This document shows, piece after piece, positions 56,344 through 64,000 of a stretch of DNA of 64,000 nucleotides; the stretch's first letter is position 1; every line of letters starts with the position of its first letter. A program made the translations under genes and the position numbers. The notes under the pieces were generated by a model, which saw nothing but the letters and a program-made list of their open reading frames with translations, had not been told where the DNA came from and did no database searches. Source of the stretch: a virus; the IMG/VR virus record IMGVR_UViG_3300046328_000056, positions 2,297-66,296 of that record, one strand, 5' to 3'.

Positions 56344-56615
56344 TCTCTGTAACCTCCACCAGCAGCTTTGTATTTCTTGGCTACAAGCTGCGCCTTACGT
56401 GCTGACCACTGGCCAGCTCCAGTACCGTGAGTCGCCGCCGCCTTAACCTGAGACACAATCCGCTTGCGCAGACTTGGCTTGGTGTAATTGCCAGCGGCGT
56501 TCACGCCACCACCTTCCGCATACTCAGTAAAGTCGGTGTCGTCCCTACGAGCCTTGCGCTTGGCCCCGGGCATTTTCTTGGGGTTGATAGCCCCCATGCC
56601 ACGGGATGCCATCAT
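56340..56615 (-). CDS. Small basic conserved phage protein
   Basis: NYTKPSLRKRI...GQWSARKAQLVAKKYKAAGGGY. Confidence 0.7.
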   Translation of the reverse strand: MMASRGMGAINPKKMPGAKRKARRDDTDFTEYAEGGGVNAAGNYTKPSLRKRIVSQVKAAATHGTGAGQWSARKAQLVAKKYKAAGGGYRD

Positions 56616-56845
56616 TGGATGATCGTCCCACGAGTTTTACCGCGCTGGGCAATACCGTCTGCACGGCTGGAAGCGGAACCACCAGAAGCCATCTTCTTGG
56701 CGGGCTTCACAGGCTTGCCGTCAACACGAATGTCTTGGCCGGGTTGCTCGGGCATACCGGGCTCACCCTTTTTGAACTTGCGTCCAGCGGATGCGCCATC
56801 AATGTCTTTTGGTGCTTCTTTGTTCTTTTCCAGTTCGTAGTCCAT
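56612..56845 (-). CDS. Small protein with C-terminal tag
   Basis: Ends MASGGSASSRADGIAQRGKTRGTIIQ. Confidence 0.7.
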   Translation of the reverse strand: MDYELEKNKEAPKDIDGASAGRKFKKGEPGMPEQPGQDIRVDGKPVKPAKKMASGGSASSRADGIAQRGKTRGTIIQ

Positions 56846-56853
56846 GATTCACC

Positions 56854-57525
56854 TCAATACATTTTGCAGTTGGTTTTACCGCGAGACGCAATACCGTCGG
56901 CGCGTTTGGAAGCAGTCATACCGCCAGAAGCCATCTTCTTGGTTGCGCCGCCTTTTTTGTACGAAGAACCAAGAGCGGCTCGCATACGCTTACCCAGCAA
57001 CCCGCTGTCCGCATCATCTTCGGATGTTTTGGTTGGGGTTTTTTCGACCATCTTCCCGCTGAGACTGCGGTAGTACTCTTTTTTCGCTGTACTTGCTGGG
57101 GCCAAATCGGGCTTTGCAGCGGGCGCTGGAGCGTTACGGCCTTCATTGCTGTAGTCAGAGTTTTTGGCCACAGCAGGACGACCACGGCTCATACCGGCTT
57201 CCAAATTAACGCGAGAAGGATCGCCACGGGGGGCTGTCTTAGCGGTCGTAGAAGTGCGAGGAGCCGTGGCTGTTTTAGGGGCCGCAGGCGTTGCCTTTTC
57301 AGGCATGACAACGTCGGCCTCAGTAATGGGTTTACTGTCGCCATCGGACTTTTTCATGCTGCGCTTGATGGTGTCTTCAGGAGACTCCAAACGAGTCTCG
57401 GTGGACTCTGGACGCGCTGCACGGGTGGGGTTTGAATCCTCGCCCTTGTCCTTGTCTTTGGACGCCATATACGCTGCGCCCGCAAGAGCAGCAAGACCCG
57501 CTAATCTGCCTAGTTTCTTCGCCAT
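56854..57525 (-). CDS. Low-complexity protein with C-terminal tag
   Basis: Ends MASGGMTASKRADGIASRGKTNCKMY. Confidence 0.7.
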   Translation of the reverse strand: MAKKLGRLAGLAALAGAAYMASKDKDKGEDSNPTRAARPESTETRLESPEDTIKRSMKKSDGDSKPITEADVVMPEKATPAAPKTATAPRTSTTAKTAPRGDPSRVNLEAGMSRGRPAVAKNSDYSNEGRNAPAPAAKPDLAPASTAKKEYYRSLSGKMVEKTPTKTSEDDADSGLLGKRMRAALGSSYKKGGATKKMASGGMTASKRADGIASRGKTNCKMY

Positions 57526-57540
57526 GACCGGCTCCTTAAA

Positions 57541-58026
57541 TCAGCACTTGCCGCCGTTCTTCATGCCTTTGTTACCGGGCATGACAATCATTTTGCCTTT
57601 GGTTTTGCCTTTGGCAGCAACACCGTCGCGGCTAGGAGCTGCGGTTTTAACTGCGCCCATCTTGCTGGCAGTCATGCCGCCTTTGGCCATTTTCTTAACT
57701 TTCATTTCGGACTCCTCGTGTTTAATCATAGATGCAGGTGCGCCCTTCTTTTTCATGAAGGACACTTCTTTTTTAACCATTGCTTTTGACTCAGCCATCT
57801 CGCCTCCTTTTGCGAACAATTCGTTCTTACCTTGATTGGTTTTGGGCTTGTTGATTGCTTGTGCATCCGCACGGCTGCCCGAACCCTTACCAAATTTCAT
57901 GCCTTTACTGGCTTCGCTGAAGTCCTTGCCAACGGCTTTAGGCACTCCAACTTTCTTTGCAAACGCTGGGTTATGCGCCACAGCATCCATGAATTTCTTT
58001 TGTTTAAGACTTGTCGCTGGCATCAC
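57541..58026 (-). CDS. Basic protein with tag near the C-terminus
   Basis: SLKQKKFMDAVAHNPAFAKKVGVP...SRDGVAAKGKTKGKMI. Confidence 0.7.
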   Translation of the reverse strand: MMPATSLKQKKFMDAVAHNPAFAKKVGVPKAVGKDFSEASKGMKFGKGSGSRADAQAINKPKTNQGKNELFAKGGEMAESKAMVKKEVSFMKKKGAPASMIKHEESEMKVKKMAKGGMTASKMGAVKTAAPSRDGVAAKGKTKGKMIVMPGNKGMKNGGKC

Positions 58027-58262
58027 TTCCCCGCTGAAAGAAGGCGGTCAATCTTTTCTTCAAGCTTGTTGAAGCGTTGGTCAATGTGGTCAGTAACCCT
58101 TGCAACTTCTGCTTTAGTAGCTGTATCACGGGCAATCTCCTCGCGTGTGATGTTTAAGAGCCGCTCAAGACGTTTGACATCCTCGAATCTCTCGCGGATG
58201 AAGAACCACACTGCGCCCATGACAAGCGACAGTGCGCCAGACCAAATGGTGTTGATGTCCAT
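58023..58262 (-). CDS. Small TM plus coiled-coil protein
   Basis: N-terminal TM; TREEIARD...RFNKLEEKIDRL. Confidence 0.7.
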   Translation of the reverse strand: MDINTIWSGALSLVMGAVWFFIRERFEDVKRLERLLNITREEIARDTATKAEVARVTDHIDQRFNKLEEKIDRLLSAGK

Positions 58263-58263
58263 G

Positions 58264-58518
58264 TCAGCATTTCCACCGAGCCAAGGAAGCCGCCTTGCGG
58301 GTGGGCTTGCCTTTTTCGTCTTTCATCGGGCCGGGCATACCAGACATACGAGCGCAGAATGACTTCTTACGGGGGCCACCTTCGGGCTGTGGAGCCTTCA
58401 GGTTACTGCCCGTTGCTGCGTTGTACTTGGCACGACCTTTGGCGGTCAAACCTGCTCCTTTGGAGACGGGCAGCTTTTCGCCACGGCCAACTGCAAGAGA
58501 GGGATTTTTCTTAGCCAT
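58264..58518 (-). CDS. Small basic conserved phage protein
   Basis: GLTAKGRAKYN...RKKSFCARM...LARWKC. Confidence 0.75.
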   Translation of the reverse strand: MAKKNPSLAVGRGEKLPVSKGAGLTAKGRAKYNAATGSNLKAPQPEGGPRKKSFCARMSGMPGPMKDEKGKPTRKAASLARWKC

Positions 58519-58996
58519 AGTACACCATCGCAGTCACGCTAGGGCCGCAGCCAAAGAAGATTCCACCCGGGCAAAGAATGCCTTGGCCGGGGATTAGTAC
58601 AGACAACCCAACGGTGCTGTAAGTGTCCAACTCCATGTAAATACCGGGGTAGATATTCACGTCGCCAGAAGTAGAAACAGAGTTTGCGGTTGTCACGCTG
58701 AAACTATTAGCGCCAATGTACGTGATGTCGTACATGCCGTCACGACTTGTGCCAGTAAGAAAATCAACAAACACCCGTTGCCCATTTGTCAAACCGTGCG
58801 CAGTGATGGTGATTGTGGCGGTAGTGCCTGTTTGACTGTAAGTACCGGACTTAACAGTTGTAGGGTTGCACGCTGCCACATTACGTAGGGAAGACGTACC
58901 AGACGTAACCACGCACCCCTTGAGTCGGTATGGCAACGGTGTTACAAGCACGCCAGAGCTTTTTATGTATGCTGATTTGACATCGGTTTGCATCAT
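58511..58996 (-). CDS. Structural protein, paralog A
   Basis: MQTDVKS...IPGQGILCPGGI...YG. Confidence 0.7.
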   Translation of the reverse strand: MMQTDVKSAYIKSSGVLVTPLPYRLKGCVVTSGTSSLRNVAACNPTTVKSGTYSQTGTTATITITAHGLTNGQRVFVDFLTGTSRDGMYDITYIGANSFSVTTANSVSTSGDVNIYPGIYMELDTYSTVGLSVLIPGQGILCPGGIFFGCGPSVTAMVYYG

Positions 58997-59007
58997 GACT
59001 TGGCCCC

Positions 59008-59502
59008 TTATCCGTAAAAGATAGTGGATGTTACAGATGCTGACGGCAGAAAAACGTAAATGCCGTTGGTCGCCAACACGCCCTCGCCGGGGATCAACGT
59101 ATAAAACGACGTGCCGGTAGAACAGTCAATTTCTGTCAGCAAGTCCATATACACAGTCACAGTCCCGCTTGTAGTCAAAGTGCCTGTAGTTACTGTGAAA
59201 GTGGTGCTGGTTGGCACGGTTTGCACAAGGTAGGTATCCGCTACCAAAGTACCCGTACCTGTGACCAAAACCACTCGGCTTACGCCAGCAGTCAGTCTTG
59301 AAGTGGAAGGAACTGTAACCGTACACACGGTTGTCCCGGGGATGTTGTACGTGCCTGAAACCGGCAAGTTATCAACGATAGACGTGTTGAGCGTCACTGA
59401 TGTAGACGGGGATACCACCACACCTTTGAGGCGCGTACGGTAAGGTACAGCAACACCGGAAACAGTGTTGTGGTACGACTTTACATCGGTTTGCATTCCC
59501 AT
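59008..59502 (-). CDS. Structural protein, paralog B
   Basis: MQTDVKS...IPGEGVLATNGI...FYG. Confidence 0.7.
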   Translation of the reverse strand: MGMQTDVKSYHNTVSGVAVPYRTRLKGVVVSPSTSVTLNTSIVDNLPVSGTYNIPGTTVCTVTVPSTSRLTAGVSRVVLVTGTGTLVADTYLVQTVPTSTTFTVTTGTLTTSGTVTVYMDLLTEIDCSTGTSFYTLIPGEGVLATNGIYVFLPSASVTSTIFYG

Positions 59503-59520
59503 AATTGATCTCCTAGTTCA

Positions 59521-59542
59521 AAAACTGGGGGCCGAAGCCCCC
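59521..59542 (-). terminator. Terminator with UUCG tetraloop
   Basis: Minus strand GGGGGC-TTCG-GCCCCC then AGTTTT; hairpin identical to 60788-60803. Confidence 0.75.
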
Positions 59543-59550
59543 GAGATCAA

Positions 59551-60051
59551 TTAGACGTTTTGCTGGCCAACCAGAGGATCAGTCACAAAGTACAGGATTG
59601 TGCCTGTAATAGCGCCGCCAGTGGCTGCATCGCCAGTAGTTGCACCACCAGTCAAGGTGACCATTTGAGTTGTTGACATAGCCACGCCCAGATCGTCGCC
59701 AGCGGTAGCAGAAGCGAAGTTGAACACTTGCTTGCCTGCGTCGGCATCAGCGGCGCTCAACAGGCCGTTGGGGTCGGAAACTGCGGTGTTGGTGTAGCCA
59801 ATCCAGCCCATATCAAACGTGGGGGTTGTGCCACCTGTGCCAGCGGCGTTGGCTTGAATTTCGACGACCACTGCGCCAGCGGGGAGCACAACAGGAACGG
59901 TGCTGCCAGAGGCAATTTTTACAGTGGTGGAGTCAGCGGCGGCTGGGTTAATGTAGAACTGAGCGGCCATCAAGCCGGAGCCACAGTAAGCGGTGCGAGT
60001 TTGATCGCCACCACCAGAACGCCAAATACTTTGGGTAGTTGAGAGTGCCAT
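59551..60051 (-). CDS. Probable capsid decoration / minor head protein
   Basis: 166 aa, beta-rich, VLPAGAVV; own promoter and terminator near the capsid gene. Confidence 0.6.
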   Translation of the reverse strand: MALSTTQSIWRSGGGDQTRTAYCGSGLMAAQFYINPAAADSTTVKIASGSTVPVVLPAGAVVVEIQANAAGTGGTTPTFDMGWIGYTNTAVSDPNGLLSAADADAGKQVFNFASATAGDDLGVAMSTTQMVTLTGGATTGDAATGGAITGTILYFVTDPLVGQQNV

Positions 60052-60135
60052 TTAATTGTCCTTACGTACAAGATCAGCGCATCAATCGGTACGTCGTCTG
60101 CCGGGTCAGTTTGATGCGCCGGGTTACCCCGGGCT
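60052..60135 (-). ncRNA. Candidate structured 5' leader RNA
   Basis: GUAA-tetraloop hairpin 60120-60131; 9-bp stem 60077-85/60111-19; loop 60089-94 complementary to 60064-69 beside the SD. Promoter TTGACT-N16-TATATT at 60169-60142. Confidence 0.45.
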
Positions 60136-60155
60136 AGGTGCAATATACACCATTT

Positions 60156-60740
60156 TCAATCGGAGTCAAGCAGCTTATTGGACTTTTTTAAGTTTTCCCC
60201 CTGAGTGATGACCCGTAGATTCCACGGCACATGCAAGCCGCAAACAAAATCAGATCGCAAAGGGATGATGTGATCTACAACGTATTGCTCGCCAGTGGTT
60301 TTTGTGAGGGTAATGGCAGCTTGATACATCTGCCGTATTTCAGTTTTTTGTCTGCGGGAGAGCCACGGTGGGGTGGCTTCACGGTGTTTGCGTCGGCGAG
60401 CTTTTGTATCCGCACGAATTTTAAGGACGTTGTTTGCTTTCCATACGTTGCGATATTCTCGTTTTACATGGTCTGGGCGGGTAGCCGCTGCCTGCTTTAC
60501 CTTTTCATGGTTCTCAAGATACCACTCGTTTTTTCGGTCTTTAACTTCTTCCCGCCGGTTGTACTCACGGAAGTACTCAGCACGGGCCTCGTTTCCTTTT
60601 TCCCATTCAGCCTTCAAGCATTCAACGCACGCCCCCTTTGTTTTACGCAGCGCGATATGCCCATACTTGCATGGTTCGCCTGTGAAATAGTGCTTAGCCC
60701 CCGTGGACTTAGCCTCTGCTCTGGTTTTTGGGTACTCCAT
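60156..60740 (-). CDS. Free-standing HNH homing endonuclease
   Basis: YFTGEPCKYGH...CVEC, ATPPWL, VDHIIPL...VCGLHVPWNLRVIT..EN..KSN. Confidence 0.9.
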   Translation of the reverse strand: MEYPKTRAEAKSTGAKHYFTGEPCKYGHIALRKTKGACVECLKAEWEKGNEARAEYFREYNRREEVKDRKNEWYLENHEKVKQAAATRPDHVKREYRNVWKANNVLKIRADTKARRRKHREATPPWLSRRQKTEIRQMYQAAITLTKTTGEQYVVDHIIPLRSDFVCGLHVPWNLRVITQGENLKKSNKLLDSD

Positions 60741-60779
60741 TTTGTTCTCCTGCGACTTAGTTACAGGTAATCATAGCAT

Positions 60780-60803
60780 AAAAGAAAGGGGGCCGAAGCC
60801 CCC
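60780..60803 (-). terminator. Terminator after the major capsid gene
   Basis: Minus strand GGGGGC-TTCG-GCCCCC followed by TTTCTTTT. Confidence 0.8.
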
Positions 60804-60831
60804 TGTTCCAAGTACAAAACTTAGTACTTTA

Positions 60832-61743
60832 TCAGGCAGAACCTGAAGAACCCCACATACCCAATGGGTCAGACCAGCCGAAGCTATAACGCTCGCGGGC
60901 TTTGTAACGCACGTTGCCGGTGTCGAAATCACCATCCATTGAGTTCTGGAGGGGAGTGCGGACGAAGTGCTTCATACCGTTAGGCACGTCAGTGGTCAGA
61001 TACCAACCATTGGTGTCGGTCAAGAAGTGGTTGACGGTGTAGCCTTCTGGCACAGCGCCGTTGTTCTTGATAGCGTTGATGTCGTTGTCGTTTGTACCAA
61101 CGCGCAACTCGGTTTCGAGCAAGCGGGTAGCGACGAACATCAGGCTAGGAGGAACAATCAACTTCTTGGGTTTAGCAGCGATCAACAAGCCACGCTCGTC
61201 TGTCCAAGCAGCGATCTGAATGACAGCGGCTTCCAAAGAAGTCTCATTCAAGTCGGCTTGAGTAGCGGGAGTGTTGGAGTTGACACCACCAGAAACCAAG
61301 GGATGGTTTGCGTTGAACAAAGAAACGCCGTCACCACCGGGGTAAGTGTTGCTGAAACCGTTGTTGATAACGGCAGCAGCTTTCACTTGCTTGGTGTACG
61401 CCATCGCACGGGCCAAGGACTTGGTGTAACGAGCAGACAAGCTGTCGTACAAGTTATCTTCGACCGCTTCTTCAGTGATCGAGAAACCCAAGGCGATGGT
61501 TTCGTGGGTGTAGCGGGTTGACCATGCTTCTTGTGCATTGTCGTAAGCGATGGCAGAACCTTCGTTTTTGACAGGTGCGGCAGAGAAGCCGGACAGCTTG
61601 GTTTCTTCTTCGAAAGAACGCTCAGAAGTCTCGGTTTCGTAGATTTCTTTGTGTTCTTCGCCGTAGCGAGCGTACTCCATACCGAACAAGGCGTTCAGGC
61701 CGGGGAGCAACTCTTTCAGCAGTTGTGCGCGTGAAATAGCCAT
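60832..61743 (-). CDS. Major capsid protein
   Basis: MAISRAQLLKELLPGLNALFG...GGDGVSLF...HP...DFDTGNVRYKARERYSFGWSDP; strong SD; followed by a terminator. Confidence 0.88.
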   Translation of the reverse strand: MAISRAQLLKELLPGLNALFGMEYARYGEEHKEIYETETSERSFEEETKLSGFSAAPVKNEGSAIAYDNAQEAWSTRYTHETIALGFSITEEAVEDNLYDSLSARYTKSLARAMAYTKQVKAAAVINNGFSNTYPGGDGVSLFNANHPLVSGGVNSNTPATQADLNETSLEAAVIQIAAWTDERGLLIAAKPKKLIVPPSLMFVATRLLETELRVGTNDNDINAIKNNGAVPEGYTVNHFLTDTNGWYLTTDVPNGMKHFVRTPLQNSMDGDFDTGNVRYKARERYSFGWSDPLGMWGSSGSA

Positions 61744-61758
61744 GATTTAAGCTCCTTA

Positions 61759-62415
61759 TTAGGCGATGCCAAGTGGGTTGAGGTACATGTGACCGCCGTT
61801 TGTAACGCCTTCAGCACTGATGCTGGGAGCGTTAAATTTGACGATAACTTCGGGGTACAGCGTGCTGCCACCGGAAACGTAGGCGGTGTCAGGGACAACG
61901 TCAACGATTCGCATTGGCAAAGTGGCTGTCACGTCGGTGGTGCTATCCAAAATAGCAACGCGAGAGTCACCAGTAGCGGTAACGCCAGCGTTTTGAACCA
62001 AAGCTGCATTGTTGCCAATGGCTGCGTATTCAATACCGGTAACGACGGTGGTGCCAGACACAACAGCAACTTTAAACAATTGGTCAGGATCATCGCCGAT
62101 GAAAGCATTGATGAAAGTGCCAGTTGGAGCTGTGGTGCTTGCGGGGTAGTACTGGGCGAAGATGACTTGGCCTTGTGCGTTCACGTATGAACAGCCCAAG
62201 AACACGCCAGCAAAACCTGTTGCGGGTGCAGTGGAGGTTTCGTTTGCCAGAACGATTGTGCCGGTAGTTGTCAGCTTGACTGCATCACCGTAGAAAATGC
62301 TAGTGGCATAGCCAGAAGCAATACGGCGTTGACGGGTCGCACCAGCAAATACCTGACCGCCGATCAAATTGATCGGTTTCAACCCGTATGGGGCTGAGAC
62401 AGTTGGATAAGCCAT
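61759..62415 (-). CDS. Head protein (cement/decoration-like)
   Basis: APYGLKP...IFYGD.V...GVFLGCSY...DDPDQLF; directly upstream of the capsid gene. Confidence 0.65.
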   Translation of the reverse strand: MAYPTVSAPYGLKPINLIGGQVFAGATRQRRIASGYATSIFYGDAVKLTTTGTIVLANETSTAPATGFAGVFLGCSYVNAQGQVIFAQYYPASTTAPTGTFINAFIGDDPDQLFKVAVVSGTTVVTGIEYAAIGNNAALVQNAGVTATGDSRVAILDSTTDVTATLPMRIVDVVPDTAYVSGGSTLYPEVIVKFNAPSISAEGVTNGGHMYLNPLGIA

Positions 62416-62434
62416 TTAAGGACTCCTAGAAAAT

Positions 62435-62896
62435 TTAAGAACCGGGGCCGAAAGTAACCTTGGATTTCTTCTCAGAGAAAAGAGGCATCCTCGGATCACT
62501 ATCACGAAGGAAATTGTTGTCCACGGATTCCATTTGAGCCTTGTTCTGGTTAGCGTAGTACGCTGCCCGTTGTTCCAAGAACTCTGATGGGATGCGGCAG
62601 AGCAACAGACCACCCACCTCAATACCCCCTTTAAAGGGGCCGTCGGCGGTAGCGTGCATCATTAGCTCAGGATACTCTTCCGCTTTCACGGGTTCGTAGC
62701 CTTCACGGAACTTGGAGGAGCGATTACTGGCGTCAGTCTGGCCCATCATGCTGATTCGCACCCATCGGTGCGTCCAACCGGGACGGGGATCAGGGCTTGG
62801 CAGAGTCTCCGGAGGTCTCCACGCTGTTGGGCGTTGAGTCATCATTCGGGTATCCACGTCGCGCGGAGCGCGGTTTTGAGCTTTTACTTGATCCAT
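62435..62896 (-). CDS. Conserved head-module protein
   Basis: WRPPETLP...HRWVR...REGYEPV...VGGLLLCRIP. Confidence 0.7.
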   Translation of the reverse strand: MDQVKAQNRAPRDVDTRMMTQRPTAWRPPETLPSPDPRPGWTHRWVRISMMGQTDASNRSSKFREGYEPVKAEEYPELMMHATADGPFKGGIEVGGLLLCRIPSEFLEQRAAYYANQNKAQMESVDNNFLRDSDPRMPLFSEKKSKVTFGPGS

Positions 62897-63885
62897 TATT
62901 CACCTCTCTTCAGTTGGGCAACCTGTTTCGCGTATTCTTCCAAGGGCACCCCAAGTCTGCGAGCAATCGCAGCTTCTGATGCCTTCAACTTAATACGGTT
63001 AGGCGGGGTACTTCGGGTAGCCGGAGCCACTGGCGAAGTAATTTTTGTTGCACGGCGGGGCGTATAGTCCTCATCCGGTTCTGACTTTCTTGTGGAGGAG
63101 TCGTCTTCCTCATAGCTCTGGTCACTTTCAAAGTGCTCAGGAAATCGTTTGCGCATCGTTTTGTCGATGGTTTTGAAGTACTCTTCAGTACCTACATAGT
63201 CCGCACCATACTCCCTTTGCAAACGCTTGTCAATGCCCATAGCGGCCATTGTCATTTCTTCGTCTTTACCCCACCAATCGCTGTTGGCGTCTACCCACTT
63301 CTGGGTACGGGGGGTTACTCGGGGAGCTTGCTGCTTAGTAGTAGGTGCCTCAAATTCCTTGTCGTCCACCTCGATAGGCTTCATACCGGAGGCTTTGTCC
63401 AGCTTGAGCGCGGCCTTGGCGATAGTTGCTTGGGCTTCCGCCAGCGCATCTACATCCCCGGCTTCATAGGCTTCTTTGTAAGCTTTCTTGGCGCTGGCCA
63501 ATTCGACTTCCGCAGTAGTCTGTGACTGCTCAATAAAGGCTTTGCTTCCGTTAGAAAGCTGCTGTTGAAGGCGTTTGTTTTCCTCGTAAACCTGCTTGGC
63601 GTAGGCTTCAGCGGCTTCCCGCTCGCGCAGGGCTTCTTCTTTGGCACGACGTTCGTCGTGGTAGCCACGGGTAAATTTCTTAATCCGTTGCTGTACTTTC
63701 TCGTCGTACGAGGAGAGTTCGTCGTCGGTTGGGTCTTCCACCGGCTCTTTCATGGGCTTGCGGCCACGATCTTCGGGGGGAGTATCGTCCTCGATCTCTA
63801 CTTCAAACTTGTCTTTAGCAGCAGCCTTGGCGTCCTTTTCGTCAGGAAACTCGTAAGCTTCTTCTTCAAATCGTTGTGTTGCCAT
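62896..63885 (-). CDS. Probable scaffolding protein
   Basis: Acidic N-terminus, long coiled coil, C-terminal IARRLGVPLEEYAKQ. Confidence 0.7.
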   Translation of the reverse strand: MATQRFEEEAYEFPDEKDAKAAAKDKFEVEIEDDTPPEDRGRKPMKEPVEDPTDDELSSYDEKVQQRIKKFTRGYHDERRAKEEALREREAAEAYAKQVYEENKRLQQQLSNGSKAFIEQSQTTAEVELASAKKAYKEAYEAGDVDALAEAQATIAKAALKLDKASGMKPIEVDDKEFEAPTTKQQAPRVTPRTQKWVDANSDWWGKDEEMTMAAMGIDKRLQREYGADYVGTEEYFKTIDKTMRKRFPEHFESDQSYEEDDSSTRKSEPDEDYTPRRATKITSPVAPATRSTPPNRIKLKASEAAIARRLGVPLEEYAKQVAQLKRGE

Positions 63886-63895
63886 GTGTTACTCC

Positions 63896-64000
63896 TTATG
63901 CAGCTCGTGTGATGCCACGGGGGTCTTCCACAACTGCTTCAATCGAGTCATCGTTGATGATGCGAAATTCACGGCCATGAATCTTCAGGCGGGTGCCTGA
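63896..64000 (-). CDS. GroES-like co-chaperonin, C-terminal part
   Basis: Hand translation SGTRLKIHGREFRIINDDSIEAVVEDPRGITRAA* resembles the GroES C-terminal strands. Confidence 0.65.
   Translation of the reverse strand, partial: SGTRLKIHGREFRIINDDSIEAVVEDPRGITRAA

Overview
This window is nearly the whole genome of a tailed dsDNA phage (Caudoviricetes, probably short-tailed). An Rz/Rz1 spanin pair points to a Gram-negative host; a freshwater betaproteobacterial host is only an impression from gene content. The window opens inside the portal gene and ends inside a GroES-like gene, so the genome is probably circularly permuted with a few kb missing. The + strand arm (3355-28806) carries early and replication genes: RHH regulators, an AAA+/vWA-metallopeptidase pair, HNH, VRR-NUC, family A DNA polymerase, PD-(D/E)XK nuclease, SNF2 helicase and primase-helicase. 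The - strand arm (28878-64000 and 1-2914) carries packaging, head, tail, lysis and internal virion genes. No integrase, tRNA or CRISPR array was seen by eye. Main observations: (1) a canonical 281-aa intein in PolA motif B has no in-frame endonuclease but encodes a complete HNH endonuclease in the overlapping -1 frame, with its own Shine-Dalgarno site and a stop codon embedded in the intein's terminal His-Asn codons; (2) 18 copies of the palindrome TAACA(A/T)TGTTA occur only in the early arm, several of them containing start codons; (3) an origin-like region has inverted iterons and an IHF consensus site; (4) two intergenic regions look like pseudoknotted RNAs; (5) several small late proteins share a C-terminal DG(I/V)AxxGKT tag and [MFY]xxGG motifs. 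All calls come from reading the sequence by eye; no searches were run.
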